From contig CAWKDC010000001.1 of assembly GCA_963848305.1 (NCBI GenBank), positions 704,001-768,000 of the forward strand: DNA of 64,000 nt. The letters run 5' to 3'. Numbering within the stretch: position 1 is the stretch's first letter; each line of letters opens with the position of its first letter. This DNA is from an uncultured Gammaproteobacteria bacterium (GTDB lineage: Bacteria > Pseudomonadota > Gammaproteobacteria > JABCZS01). Shown here piece after piece: positions 1-10,057 of the stretch. The position numbers were made by a program, and so were the translations under genes. The notes under the pieces were generated by a model, which saw only the letters and a list, made by a program, of their open reading frames with translations, had not been told where the DNA came from and made no database searches.

Positions 1-63
1 GGACTCGAACCTGCTACCCTCGGCTTAGAAGGCCGATGCTCTATCCAGATGAGCTACGGGCGC
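1..63 (-). tRNA. tRNA-Arg(UCU), 3' end cut by window edge
   Basis: Reverse complement GCGCCCGTAGCTCATCTGGATAGAGCATCGGC-CT-TCT-AA-GCCGAGGGTAGCAGGTTCGAGTCC shows the D arm, anticodon TCT and the GTTCGA T-loop. Confidence 0.93.
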
Positions 64-198
64 AGTAGGTTCTGACCCTAAAGCTACTAACCAGGCCATC
101 AGCCGCAGGTTTTTGCGCTTCGGTGCTTGCCTCTATAACCAGCGCCATCCACTCGGCTAAGCGCTTTAGGGACAGAACCTATTCGTCCTAACGGGTTT

Positions 199-272
199 TC
201 GGGGCAGAGGGATTCGAACCCCCGACTTCCTGAACCCAAATCAGGCGCGCTACCAAACTGCGCTATACCCCG
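199..272 (-). tRNA. tRNA-Pro(UGG), CCA not encoded
   Basis: Reverse complement CGGGGTATAGCGCAGTTTGGTAGCGCG-CCTGA-TTTGGGT-TCAGG-AAGTCGGGGGTTCGAATCCCTCTGCCCCGA folds as a cloverleaf with anticodon TGG. Confidence 0.95.
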
Positions 273-386
273 TTCCATACTACGGAAGCGACGATCATAC
301 CCAAGGTTTAGCAATAACGCAATGACTATTTTCTGAAAAAACTTTCGTGATGGAGTAGAATGGTTTTTCCTAAGTTTGGAGGGATT

Positions 387-1232
387 ATGTCAAAGATAAT
401 TGATGGCAGAAAACATGCGCAGACCTTACTGGCAGAAGTGGCGAGCAAGATTGAACAACGCATCGCTGAAGGTTTTCCTCGTCCCGGTCTTGCGGTGGTC
501 CTCGTTGGCGATGATCCAGCCTCACAGGTTTACGTCAAACATAAAATCAAAGGCTGCGAAACTGTGGGCATCAGCTCTTTTGTCCATCGCATGCAGGCGG
601 ATTGTACACAAGCCCAATTGCTTCAGTTGATCCATGATCTCAATGAGGATGCTGCCGTTCACGGCATTCTCGTCCAATCCCCCCTCCCAGCCCACATGGA
701 CATGCAAGCTGTGATTGAAGCGATTCCGCCCCATAAAGATGTCGACGGTTTTCATCCTTACAATTTAGGACGACTGGCTCAACGGGCGCCCTTACTACGT
801 CCCTGCACGCCCTATGGGATTATTCGGATGCTACAGGCCGAATCGTTGCCTATTAAGGGGCAATATGCGGTGATGGTCGGCGCATCCAACATTGTTGGGC
901 GCCCCATGATGCTGGAGTTCCTCAATGCCGGGGCGACAGTCACTTGTTGCCACCGTTTCACACAGGATTTGGCGAGCCATGTCTCTCAAGCGGATATCTT
1001 GGTGGTTGCCACGGGGGTTGCAGGACTGGTGCAGGGGCGGGATATCAAACTCGGCGCCACGGTGATTGATGTGGGGATCACCCGCCTGCCGAATGGCCGC
1101 CTGGTCGGCGATATTGATTTTGAGAGCGCCCAAGCACGCGCGGGCGCCATTACCCCTGTCCCCGGCGGCGTTGGGCCCATGACCGTGGCACAGTTGATGG
1201 ATAATACATTGAAGGCGGCCATGGCATTATAG
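387..1232 (+). CDS. folD: Bifunctional methylenetetrahydrofolate dehydrogenase/cyclohydrolase
   Basis: Motifs YVxxKxK, GILVQSPLP, KDVDGFHP, PCTP, TPVPGGVGPMT. Start set at ATG 387 after GGAGG. Confidence 0.97.
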   Translation: MSKIIDGRKHAQTLLAEVASKIEQRIAEGFPRPGLAVVLVGDDPASQVYVKHKIKGCETVGISSFVHRMQADCTQAQLLQLIHDLNEDAAVHGILVQSPLPAHMDMQAVIEAIPPHKDVDGFHPYNLGRLAQRAPLLRPCTPYGIIRMLQAESLPIKGQYAVMVGASNIVGRPMMLEFLNAGATVTCCHRFTQDLASHVSQADILVVATGVAGLVQGRDIKLGATVIDVGITRLPNGRLVGDIDFESAQARAGAITPVPGGVGPMTVAQLMDNTLKAAMAL

Positions 1233-1273
1233 AAAAGAGCATTCAAAATGAACGTTCACCAGGAGATTGGTTC

Positions 1274-2378
1274 ATGCCCTATTTATCGAATTTTCATGTC
1301 ATACGGCCTGCATTTGAGTACGCGCAGGCCGATGCATTGGAGTGGATTGCGCGAGCCCATCAAATGTCTCAGGCCTATGACACGTCTGATGAAAATAATG
1401 AAATATTTTATGAGAAAATCGCAAGGCTCTTGATCAAAATCGGTATTGGCATGAAAAAAATTGAAAAGAGAAGCTCTGCAGTTCCAGATTACACGCACAC
1501 TGACTTTAACGCGATGACTATCTACGCTATCACGCTGGATAAAAAAGAAGGTCATGATTTAAAAACACGATCAGATTTTTTTGAACAATCTGCTGATAAT
1601 ACGTTTGAATCGTTTTATGACAGCTCGCCACTCCCCGACCATCTATTGCAAGTGACTTGCACAGGTTACACGTATCCCAGCGCCGCGCAAAAAATAGTCT
1701 CCCTAAAAAAAGCTTTTCAAACCACTATCACCAATGTCTATCACATGGGTTGTTATGCAGCGATTCCCGCTATTCGCCTTGCATCCGGGATGCTCAAAGA
1801 TCAACAAACTGCCGATATTGTGCATACAGAAATCTGTTCGTTGCACATGAATCCTGCTCTGCATGATCCCGAACAATTGGTAGTCCAAACATTGTTTGCA
1901 GATGGATTTATCAAATATACAGTCAGCAATATTCAGCAAAAGGGATTTGAAGTGCTATCAACCCACGAAGTGCTTATCCCTGAATCTATCGACTCCATGA
2001 GCTGGAAACAAGAAAGCTGGGGCATGAAAATGCACATTGCAAAATCGGTGCCATCATTGATACAACATCACGTTGCAGCATGTGTGAAAACACTCTTTGA
2101 AAAAGCGCAGATACCTTTTCAGGAAGCTTATTACGCCATTCACCCAGGCGGACACTAAAATCATCGAAGCCACTGCACAAACATTGGGACTAAAGGAATA
2201 TCAATTCCAACACAGCACGGATATTTTAAAACAATGCGGGAACATGTCTTCCGCGACACTGCCCCATATTTGGAACCATCTGTTGCATGATGATGCTGTT
2301 CAAGATGGTGCGGTGATACTGAGCCTGGCCTTTGGACCAGGGCTCACCGTTGCTGGGGCGGTCATGCGAAAGTGTTAG
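1274..2378 (+). CDS. Type III polyketide synthase (chalcone/stilbene synthase family), 1-nt frameshift at ~2154
   Basis: Catalytic Cys (MGCYAA), TEICSLH, LFADG and HPGG in ORF 1274..2158; GNMSSAT and AFGPGLT in ORF 2097..2378. Removing A2154 gives HPGGPKII. Confidence 0.9.
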
Positions 2379-3766
2379 CTGTACTTCCAGCGCGTTCCGC
2401 CACCAGGAATATCCTCGAGCAATATGCCTTTTCGGGCTAATTCCAAACGGATATCATCGGATTTATCGAAGTCTTTATGTTGACGCGCGTGTTCGCGCTT
2501 TTGAATGAGCGCCTCAATCTCTGCGATAGATAAGGAAGATTGTGCGGATTGGCCTTTTAAAAAGGTTTCGGGATCAGACTGCATGATCCCCAATATCCCC
2601 CCAAGCTGTATCAATGTGCCTGCCAATTGATCTGCCAGTTCGGTATCAATCGTTTTAGCTACGTTGATCTCACGAGCCAAATCAAATAAAACGGACATGG
2701 CTTCAGGTGTGTTGAAATCATCATCCATGGCATTCATAAACGATACTTTCGGCTCAGGTGCAATCGTGTGCTTGACTGGGTTTGTATCACGCAAGGCATT
2801 ATACAAACGCTCCAGTGAGGCTTTGGCTTTCTCCATGTTTTCGTCGGAATAACTGACATTGCTGCGATAGTGGCTCGATAATAAAAAAAATCGAACAACT
2901 TCGGGGTGATATTGCATTAAGACAGATTCAATGGTTAAAAAGTTTTTCAAGGATTTTGACATTTTTTCGTCATTGATATTCACAAAACCCACATGCATCC
3001 AAACATTGGCTAAAGGATGATGGTACGCTGCCTCTGATTGAGCGATTTCATTTTCATGATGCGGAAATTGCAAATCGTACCCGCCACCGTGGATATCCAG
3101 CGTATGCAGATCTTTCAACGCATGTTTTACCATTGCAGAGCATTCAATATGCCAGCCAGGACGACCTGGACCAAAAGGCGATGGCCAACTGATTTCGTTG
3201 TTTTTCGCGCTTTTCCACAACACAAAATCCATGGGCTCGCGTTTCGCGGTATTTACTTCCACACGTTCTCCCGCGCGCATATCTTCTAAATGACGGTGTG
3301 ATAATTTGCCATAATCTGGAAATGACTTCACTGAATAAAATACATCACCATTTGTGCCAATATACGCGACACCCTGATCAACCAATCGCGTGATCAAAGC
3401 CAGCATGTCTGAAATATGATCAGTGGCACAAGGTTCTGCTGTTGGAGACAATGTATTCAATAAATACAAATCGTCGTGCATTTTATCAGTAAAACGTTTT
3501 GTCAAGGCATCGATGGTCTCATTGTTTTCAGCCGCGCGCGCGATGATTTTATCGTCAATGTCTGTGATGTTTCGAATATAATTGACTTGATAGCCCAAAA
3601 AAGTTAAATAACGATAAACCATGTCAAAGGCGACTGCTGTTCGCGCATGACCAATATGGCAAATATCATACACCGTCATGCCACACACATACATATTCAC
3701 TGTGTTATCGTTCAGCGGTTTGAATAATGCTTTTTCACGTGTGAGTGTATTGTATATTTTAAGCAT
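2375..3766 (-). CDS. cysS: Cysteine--tRNA ligase
   Basis: YVCGMTVYD, HIGH, PGWHIECS, KMSKS. Confidence 0.98.
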   Translation of the reverse strand: MLKIYNTLTREKALFKPLNDNTVNMYVCGMTVYDICHIGHARTAVAFDMVYRYLTFLGYQVNYIRNITDIDDKIIARAAENNETIDALTKRFTDKMHDDLYLLNTLSPTAEPCATDHISDMLALITRLVDQGVAYIGTNGDVFYSVKSFPDYGKLSHRHLEDMRAGERVEVNTAKREPMDFVLWKSAKNNEISWPSPFGPGRPGWHIECSAMVKHALKDLHTLDIHGGGYDLQFPHHENEIAQSEAAYHHPLANVWMHVGFVNINDEKMSKSLKNFLTIESVLMQYHPEVVRFFLLSSHYRSNVSYSDENMEKAKASLERLYNALRDTNPVKHTIAPEPKVSFMNAMDDDFNTPEAMSVLFDLAREINVAKTIDTELADQLAGTLIQLGGILGIMQSDPETFLKGQSAQSSLSIAEIEALIQKREHARQHKDFDKSDDIRLELARKGILLEDIPGGGTRWKYS

Positions 3767-3793
3767 GATGCGCTCCTATATAGCTATTCCCCG

Positions 3794-5230
3794 TTACAAT
3801 ATATCACCCTTTGAACCCTTATATCTTTTAGCATCGTTCAGTCTTTTTTGAATGATATCCACATCACCCAATAACATCACCCATTTATCCATTTCCGGAC
3901 CATGCAATGTAGACATTAAAGCAATGCGCAAAGGCTGAAATAAAGCCTTGCCTTTTACCTGCGCATGTTCCTTCAAATAAGCGAGCCATGCTTGATAATC
4001 GAGCCCATGTTGTTCAAGCGCCGCGATCGCATGATCGAAAAAGGATGCAGGCGTTGCTTTCAAAATGGCTTGACATTCTTCATTCATCAACGTTAATGTG
4101 GATTCGCTGAAAGCACGTTCTGCCCATAATACCGCATCGTGCGGGAAAGTGACGTTCGGCGTGACAGTATCAATGAATAAATCTTGTTGATCATCCGGCA
4201 CGAGTGCATGAACAGCATCGCCCATCCAGGCAAATACCTCAGCAGGCGTTTTGAATTTGAACACTTCTTTTTGCCAAAATAATAATTGATTTTCATCGTA
4301 ACGAGCGGGAGATCGACCCAGCTGATCAATTTCAAAAAATTTGCCTAAATCTTCAATGCTCATCAATTCATTCTGTGGATAATAATGTCCCAGTCTCGCG
4401 AGATAATTCACGACGGCTTCAGGCCAATATCCTTTGAAGCGCATCTCACGAATACTTTGACTGCCATTACGTTTTGACAAGGGAGCCCCATCGGTTCCAT
4501 TGATCAAAGCAAAATGACCGTATTGTGGCGCCTTCATGCCGAGTGCCTGCAAAATCATTAATTGACGAGGCGTGTTGGTGAGGTGATCTTCTCCCCGAAA
4601 GGCATGGGTCACGCCCATCACGGAATCGTCGATCGCATTACAAAACATAAATGACGAACCACCATCCGCTCGACGAATGATGAAATCACCGATGTCGTCT
4701 GTGGCAAAAGTTTTTTCACCTTGCACCAAATCATTGAAGACAACATGGGTTGCACGTGGAATGCGAAAACGCAACACAGCTTTCTGCCCTTGAGCATATT
4801 TTTGTGCGACTTCTTCTTTCGTTAAGCGTGAACAGCGGCCATCATACCGAGGGGGTTGACCTGCGATCCGTTGCATTTTGCGACTGATTTTCAATTGTTC
4901 TTCTGTGCAAAAACAAGGATAGGCTAAATCCATGTCCAATAGTTTTTGATAATACAACTCATAGACTGTCTGACGCTCAGACTGGCGATAGGGTGCATGG
5001 GTGCCGTTGCACCCCTCGCCCTCTTGCCAATCTAACCCAAGCCAGCGCAGATCTTCCATCAAATAATGGATAAATTCTTCTTCAGAACGCATTTCGTCAG
5101 TGTCTTCAATCCGCAACAAAAAGATTCCTCTTTGATGCCGCGCAATCATCGCATTGAACAACGCCGTCCGCATGTTCCCCAAATGAATAAACCCAGTTGG
5201 ACTGGGCGCAAATCGTGTTTTAACTGTCAT
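3794..5230 (-). CDS. gltX: Glutamate--tRNA ligase (possibly a GluRS2-type paralog)
   Basis: RFAPSPTG, HLGN (HIGH-like), LRIEDTD, RGEDHLTNT, LSKR, C-terminal LFQPLRIAL. Confidence 0.95.
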   Translation of the reverse strand: MTVKTRFAPSPTGFIHLGNMRTALFNAMIARHQRGIFLLRIEDTDEMRSEEEFIHYLMEDLRWLGLDWQEGEGCNGTHAPYRQSERQTVYELYYQKLLDMDLAYPCFCTEEQLKISRKMQRIAGQPPRYDGRCSRLTKEEVAQKYAQGQKAVLRFRIPRATHVVFNDLVQGEKTFATDDIGDFIIRRADGGSSFMFCNAIDDSVMGVTHAFRGEDHLTNTPRQLMILQALGMKAPQYGHFALINGTDGAPLSKRNGSQSIREMRFKGYWPEAVVNYLARLGHYYPQNELMSIEDLGKFFEIDQLGRSPARYDENQLLFWQKEVFKFKTPAEVFAWMGDAVHALVPDDQQDLFIDTVTPNVTFPHDAVLWAERAFSESTLTLMNEECQAILKATPASFFDHAIAALEQHGLDYQAWLAYLKEHAQVKGKALFQPLRIALMSTLHGPEMDKWVMLLGDVDIIQKRLNDAKRYKGSKGDIL

Positions 5231-5298
5231 CTGAAAACCCTTTTTTAGCCACCAGGCATTTTAGCACAGCGCAACGCCAATCTGCTAAACTTAACCCC

Positions 5299-6015
5299 AT
5301 GATCACCCAACCTATTTATATCATTTCTGACCTCCATTTGGGGGATACTCATCCCGGCACGCTCGAAGCCTTTGAGCGATTTATCGACATCAAAGCCCGT
5401 AACGCCCACGCACTCTATATTCTGGGCGACTTGTTTGAAGCCTGGGTTGGTGATGATGATCACAGCGAAACAGCCCGGCGCGTCTCTGAGCGCTTGAAGC
5501 ACCTCACTGAACAAGGTGTACCCATTTATTATATGCATGGCAATCGTGATTTCCTGATAGGGAAAAACTTTTTAAATCAATCTGCTATGCAATTTCTACC
5601 TGATCCAAGTTTGGTCAGTTTTGATGGGCACCCCCTTCTCATGACCCACGGCGATTTGCTGTGCACCCAGGATACAGGGTATCAGCGTTATCGCCGTTTT
5701 GTGCATCATCCCTGGGTACAAAAGCTTTTCCTCGCCCTGCCCCGGTTCATGCGCGATTATCTTGGGGATAAGCTACGCGCAACCTCTCAGATGCAAGGAA
5801 GCCGCAAATCCATGGATATGATGGATGTGGATGAACAAACTGTTCAGGTTTGGCTGAAACGATATAAGGCTGATGTCGTCGTTCATGGTCACACCCACAA
5901 GCCTTTTGAGCATGTCAAACCCGGTTACACCCGCTTTGTGCTGGGAGCCTGGGATGAAGCCCCCCCAAAAATCCTCTCATATCATCGCGGAAAGTTCACT
6001 CTGATGGATATTTAA
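5299..6015 (+). CDS. lpxH: UDP-2,3-diacylglucosamine diphosphatase
   Basis: ISDLHL, GDLFEAWVGDD, HGNRDF, HGDLLCT, HGHTH, LGAW. Confidence 0.95.
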   Translation: MITQPIYIISDLHLGDTHPGTLEAFERFIDIKARNAHALYILGDLFEAWVGDDDHSETARRVSERLKHLTEQGVPIYYMHGNRDFLIGKNFLNQSAMQFLPDPSLVSFDGHPLLMTHGDLLCTQDTGYQRYRRFVHHPWVQKLFLALPRFMRDYLGDKLRATSQMQGSRKSMDMMDVDEQTVQVWLKRYKADVVVHGHTHKPFEHVKPGYTRFVLGAWDEAPPKILSYHRGKFTLMDI

Positions 6016-6114
6016 GCTTGATTTGTCACCGGCCAATACCACGCTTATCTAAACTTTAATCCTTCAGGAGACAAGACCATGACATTCTTCTGCGCCCTGG
6101 GATTTGTTTTATGG

Positions 6115-6240
6115 ATAAATCCTACCATCATGGGATTTATGTTTATTTCCAGTGCATTTTATATAATAATCCTATAGATGCAGGATTAATGTTGATATTC
6201 ATTCAAAAATCATCTATAATCCTGTGACTATAGGATTATA
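6115..6240. promoter_or_regulatory. Three palindromic operators AATCC-N10-GGATT upstream of hipBA, 50-bp period
   Basis: 6115-6140 ATAAATCC-N10-GGATTTAT; 6167-6188 TAATCCT-N8-AGGATTA; 6215-6240 TATAATCCT-N8-AGGATTATA. The third contains a TATAAT -10-like box. Confidence 0.8.
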
Positions 6241-6252
6241 CGGGCAACCGCC

Positions 6253-6531
6253 ATGGCTAATAAAGTTAAAAAAATTGACACACCTCATACAACAAAACCT
6301 CTCACCGCTGCATTATTGGGTGGGTACGTGCGTGCACGCAGAACACAACTAGGGCTCACCATCGAAGAAGCTGCAGCGTTGTCAGGGGTTGCCAAAGATA
6401 CGCTAATGAAACTAGAGCACGGACGCCACACCATACAGCTGGGTTCCGCGCTGGCAATTTGTCACGCACTGGGGGTAGAAATCAATGTTGTTTCATGGGA
6501 AGGTCACAATGAACAAGATGTCTGGGTTTAA
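6253..6531 (+). CDS. hipB: XRE-family HTH antitoxin (HipB-like)
   Basis: VRARRTQLGLTIEEAAALSGVAKDTLMKLEHG is an HTH_3 pattern; overlaps the start of hipA. Confidence 0.85.
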   Translation: MANKVKKIDTPHTTKPLTAALLGGYVRARRTQLGLTIEEAAALSGVAKDTLMKLEHGRHTIQLGSALAICHALGVEINVVSWEGHNEQDVWV

Positions 6532-7819
6532 ACATCAACTCAAAGCCTACTTGGGGCAAACCTTTATTGCCACCCTTACGTTATTGGAAAACAATCAACT
6601 AGAATTTACTTATCAACCTATGTGGGAAGAACAGGGTTATGCCCTATCCCCCCATTTGCCTCTCGACAACAGTGCAGCAAATGATCAATTTCGGATCAAA
6701 GTTTTTTTTCAAAATTTATTTCCGGAAGGCGAAAATTTAGAGATTTTTCTCAAAACATTCCACCTCAGCCAATATAATCTTTTTGCAATCACAATGACAC
6801 TAGGATTAGATTTACCTGGCGCATTGCAGTTGATTTTAACCACGGATACATTGCCTGACACCGGTTCATTTCGTGAAATCCATGAATCTGAAATCGTCGA
6901 ACGACTGAAACATTACAATGCACATAACCTCGTGATATGGGACGGCAAACCCCGGTTATCTTTGGCAGGTGTGCACCAAAAAATCAACGTTCTTCTCAAT
7001 CAGGACGGCGTATTAGGATTTGGCGAAGGCAGCCTATGTTCTACTCATATTTTAAAATTTGATCGCTCCCCTGATAAGAATATTGTACTAAATGAGTTTC
7101 TCATGATGAGACTGGCAAAATATGTTGGGCTTAATGTTGCAGATGTCTCAGTTCGTTATTTTGATGAATTTAACACTTTACTGATCAAACGATTTGACCG
7201 CCAATTGCGTGATAATCGCATCTGGAGACGACATATGATTGATGGTTGTCAGGCGTTAAATTTGATGCCTGAATATAAATATGAACGTCATCTTGGTAGT
7301 GGTCGTGATGTAAAGCATTTGCGTGAAGGCGCAAGCCTCCAGTCGTTATTTGAATTTTGTGAGTTGTGCAGAAATCCTGCCTTGGCTAAAAAGCAATGCA
7401 TCGAATGGACTTTATTTAATCTGATTATTGGGAACACCGATGCACATGGGAAAAACATCAGTTTCTTTGTCTCTGCGGCCGGCATAGAACCTGCACCCAT
7501 TTACGATTTAATATCGATTCGAATGTATCCTGAATTTTCACAAGAATTAGCAATGGCCATTGGGGATCAATTTGATTCAACAGCCATCTACGCTTATCAA
7601 CTGGCCGATTTTGCAGATACATGTGGGATCCCTCGTGATTTTGTTACAAAAACATTATTAGATTTGTGCGGAAAAATATCCACAGCACTTTCTGGGCTTC
7701 AATCATATGTGAGAAATGAGAAAGAAAAGCATTTTCTCAAAGAATTGACTGAACAGATTCGCGCGCAGATTGCACATTTTGAAACCCAGGCAGACTTGAT
7801 ATCATCAATGATTGTTTAG
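6509..7819 (+). CDS. hipA: HipA-family Ser/Thr kinase toxin
   Basis: LSPHLPL, FFQNLFPEG, SLAGVHQK, THILK, NEFLMM, RFDR, GNTDAHGKN, APIYD. Confidence 0.93.
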   Translation: MNKMSGFKHQLKAYLGQTFIATLTLLENNQLEFTYQPMWEEQGYALSPHLPLDNSAANDQFRIKVFFQNLFPEGENLEIFLKTFHLSQYNLFAITMTLGLDLPGALQLILTTDTLPDTGSFREIHESEIVERLKHYNAHNLVIWDGKPRLSLAGVHQKINVLLNQDGVLGFGEGSLCSTHILKFDRSPDKNIVLNEFLMMRLAKYVGLNVADVSVRYFDEFNTLLIKRFDRQLRDNRIWRRHMIDGCQALNLMPEYKYERHLGSGRDVKHLREGASLQSLFEFCELCRNPALAKKQCIEWTLFNLIIGNTDAHGKNISFFVSAAGIEPAPIYDLISIRMYPEFSQELAMAIGDQFDSTAIYAYQLADFADTCGIPRDFVTKTLLDLCGKISTALSGLQSYVRNEKEKHFLKELTEQIRAQIAHFETQADLISSMIV

Positions 7820-7889
7820 TGGAACAATCCGGTTAGCCCAGCTATAATCGATCGAGTATCATTCCCTTACCTTTCTCGGAGAAAACACG

Positions 7890-8337
7890 ATGAACATCAT
7901 AAAAACATTAACAACAACCGCCGTAATGGTTAGCTTAATGATGAATGTGAGCACTGTGGCAAATGCGACCCCAAGCGTAGCAACAGCACAAGAAATCACC
8001 GCTGCAGGCACGGCCCTTCAGCAAAGCCACTTGGACACAACTGAACGCCCTTTTACCCGTTGTCCAAGCACGGGTAGAGACTATCCTCAAAGGTACCGCT
8101 ACGGGTGCAATATGCCAAGGGAAAACACCCGCTGAGTGTGTGACAGCTTGTAGCACCAACTATCCGCTGTACTCCTCCTCTACTGGAGCCCCCACTGCCG
8201 CAGAAATGCAGGAAGCGCTACTCATCGCCCTTAACGATAATATCTTAAGTGGCATCCCCTTGCAAAACCTTAACACGTGCTGTAAAGCCGCCAACGGCGG
8301 TACAGCTTGCTCGACACCTGCTGTCTCTACTCAATAA
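7890..8337 (+). CDS. Secreted cysteine-rich hypothetical protein (~148 aa), frameshifted near 8012-8025
   Basis: Signal-peptide-like N-terminus (MNIIKTL...VANA). The frame of ORF 8140..8337 is open upstream (KATWTQLNALLPVVQARVETILKGTATGAICQGKTPAEC), so the two ORFs join. Confidence 0.65.
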
Positions 8338-8351
8338 TCCGACGTATGAAT

Positions 8352-8389
8352 GTAGGAACGCCCCTGTTTTGCAGGGGCGCACTCCTTGC
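8352..8389 (+). repeat. REP-like GTAG hairpin repeat, copy 1
   Basis: GTAGGAACGCCCCTGTTTTGCAGGGGCGCACTCCTTGC lies between convergent genes and resembles the copies at 9120 and 11269. Confidence 0.6.
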
Positions 8390-9102
8390 TAAAGGTGTGT
8401 ATCGAACACCCTGTCTAACCACTTAAACGTCGAGGCATAATTGCCTTTCAGTTTGCCGTGGTGCGCGGTGTGATGTTCTGAAGAACCCAGATGCTTCAAG
8501 CGATGCGCAATTCTCGACGGCATGCCTGAATGAATATGGATTTCATTGAAAGGACGGAACAAGGCATAGGCAAATAAGGCATAAGCATTCACCGAACCGC
8601 AATATAAATAAATGAAAAATACAGCCAATGCAATACCGATTGTCCCCATCATCCATTCTGCGGGATGCACATACAAATAATCCAGCGGCAAAGGCGAACG
8701 AACACGATGATGGATGGAATGGATGCGTTTAAACAACACAGGATTATGGTGCAACAACCGGTGACAACCGTAAAACCACAGATCATCTATGCCCATGATG
8801 AATAGCAATTGCACCAGCACTACCCACCAAGGGAAATCAGTTGACAAGGAAAATATAAAGCCGAACACCCCAAAAGCAAACACCGCCATGATACAAGTGC
8901 CAATGAAATTGGCATAAATCAGTGGGCGGCGTTTATCAAAATGATCCATATTAGGATGTAGGGAGAGGCGGCGAGCAAACACGGTTTCAGAACCCAATTG
9001 ATGCGCGGTCAATAGCCACGCATATGCGAAGGCGATTGTGTTGATGATGACCAAGATGAGTGCTAGCACAGTAAATTCCCTTTCAATTTTGCTGATGAGC
9101 AT
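8389..9102 (-). CDS. Sterol desaturase / fatty acid hydroxylase family membrane protein (start uncertain)
   Basis: Histidine boxes HRLLHH, HSIHH, HIHSG, HHTAHH; GNYA...WLDRVFDT; hydrophobic segments. Confidence 0.88.
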   Translation of the reverse strand: MLISKIEREFTVLALILVIINTIAFAYAWLLTAHQLGSETVFARRLSLHPNMDHFDKRRPLIYANFIGTCIMAVFAFGVFGFIFSLSTDFPWWVVLVQLLFIMGIDDLWFYGCHRLLHHNPVLFKRIHSIHHRVRSPLPLDYLYVHPAEWMMGTIGIALAVFFIYLYCGSVNAYALFAYALFRPFNEIHIHSGMPSRIAHRLKHLGSSEHHTAHHGKLKGNYASTFKWLDRVFDTHL

Positions 9103-9119
9103 ACGCGCCTTCGGCGCAT

Positions 9120-9162
9120 GGGCGCAAAGGAGTTTATCCCCGCGAAAGCGGGGACGTCCTAC
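9120..9162 (-). repeat. REP-like GTAG hairpin repeat, copy 2
   Basis: Reverse complement GTAGGACGTCCCCGCTTTCGCGGGGATAAACTCCTTTGCGCCC, downstream of sucD. Confidence 0.7.
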
Positions 9163-9190
9163 AAGGCGGCGCAGCATCCTTGCTGTGGAC

Positions 9191-10057
9191 CTACAACACA
9201 CCCATCAAGCGCTTTGCAATCTCTGCCGGTGAACGAACCGTTAACACCCCAGCGCGTTCCAAAGCCGCGTATTTCTCTTCCGCTGTGCCTTTGCCGCCCG
9301 AAATAATCGCGCCAGCATGACCCATGCGTTTCCCCTTTGGTGCTGTCACACCCGCGATGTAGCCCACCACTGGCTTCGTGACATACCCATGGATAAACTC
9401 AGCTGCCTCTTCTTCAGCCGTTCCTCCAATTTCACCTACCATAATAATAGCTTCTGTTTTGGGATCGTCCTGGAATAATCGCAAAATATCGATAAAGCTG
9501 GAACCTGGAATAGGATCTCCACCGATACCCACGCAGGTGCTTTGGCCCAACTTCAACTCAGTCGTTTGCTTGACACATTCATACGTCAGCGTGCCTGAAC
9601 GGGAAACGATACCAATTTTACCTGGCAAGTGGATATGACCCGGCATGATACCGATTTTGCATTCCCCAGGGGTGATCACACCCGGACAATTTGGACCAAT
9701 TAAACGGGCGCCACATGCATCCACATAAGGTTTGACCACCATCATGTCCATGGTAGGAACCCCTTCGGTGATACAGACAATCAATTTGATGCCCGCATCC
9801 GCAGCTTCAATGATCGAATCCTTGCAGAAAGGCGCAGGAACATAAATCACGCTGGCATCAGCCTGCGTGGCTTCAACAGCTTCGCGCACCGTATTAAACA
9901 CGGGCAAGCCCAAATGCTGCTGCCCACCCTTACCTGGCGTCACACCACCAACCATTTTGGTTCCATACGCCAATGCTTGTTCTGTATGGAATGTGCCTTG
10001 TTTCCCAGTGAAGCCTTGGCAAATCACTTTGGTGTCTTTATTAATCAAAATACTCAT
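9191..10057 (-). CDS. sucD: Succinyl-CoA synthetase alpha subunit
   Basis: [30 protein letters not shown]. Confidence 0.98.
   Translation of the reverse strand: MSILINKDTKVICQGFTGKQGTFHTEQALAYGTKMVGGVTPGKGGQQHLGLPVFNTVREAVEATQADASVIYVPAPFCKDSIIEAADAGIKLIVCITEGVPTMDMMVVKPYVDACGARLIGPNCPGVITPGECKIGIMPGHIHLPGKIGIVSRSGTLTYECVKQTTELKLGQSTCVGIGGDPIPGSSFIDILRLFQDDPKTEAIIMVGEIGGTAEEEAAEFIHGYVTKPVVGYIAGVTAPKGKRMGHAGAIISGGKGTAEEKYAALERAGVLTVRSPAEIAKRLMGVL

Noticed and set aside
99-314. 71-aa ORF
   Set aside because: It overlaps tRNA-Pro on the same strand and is spurious.
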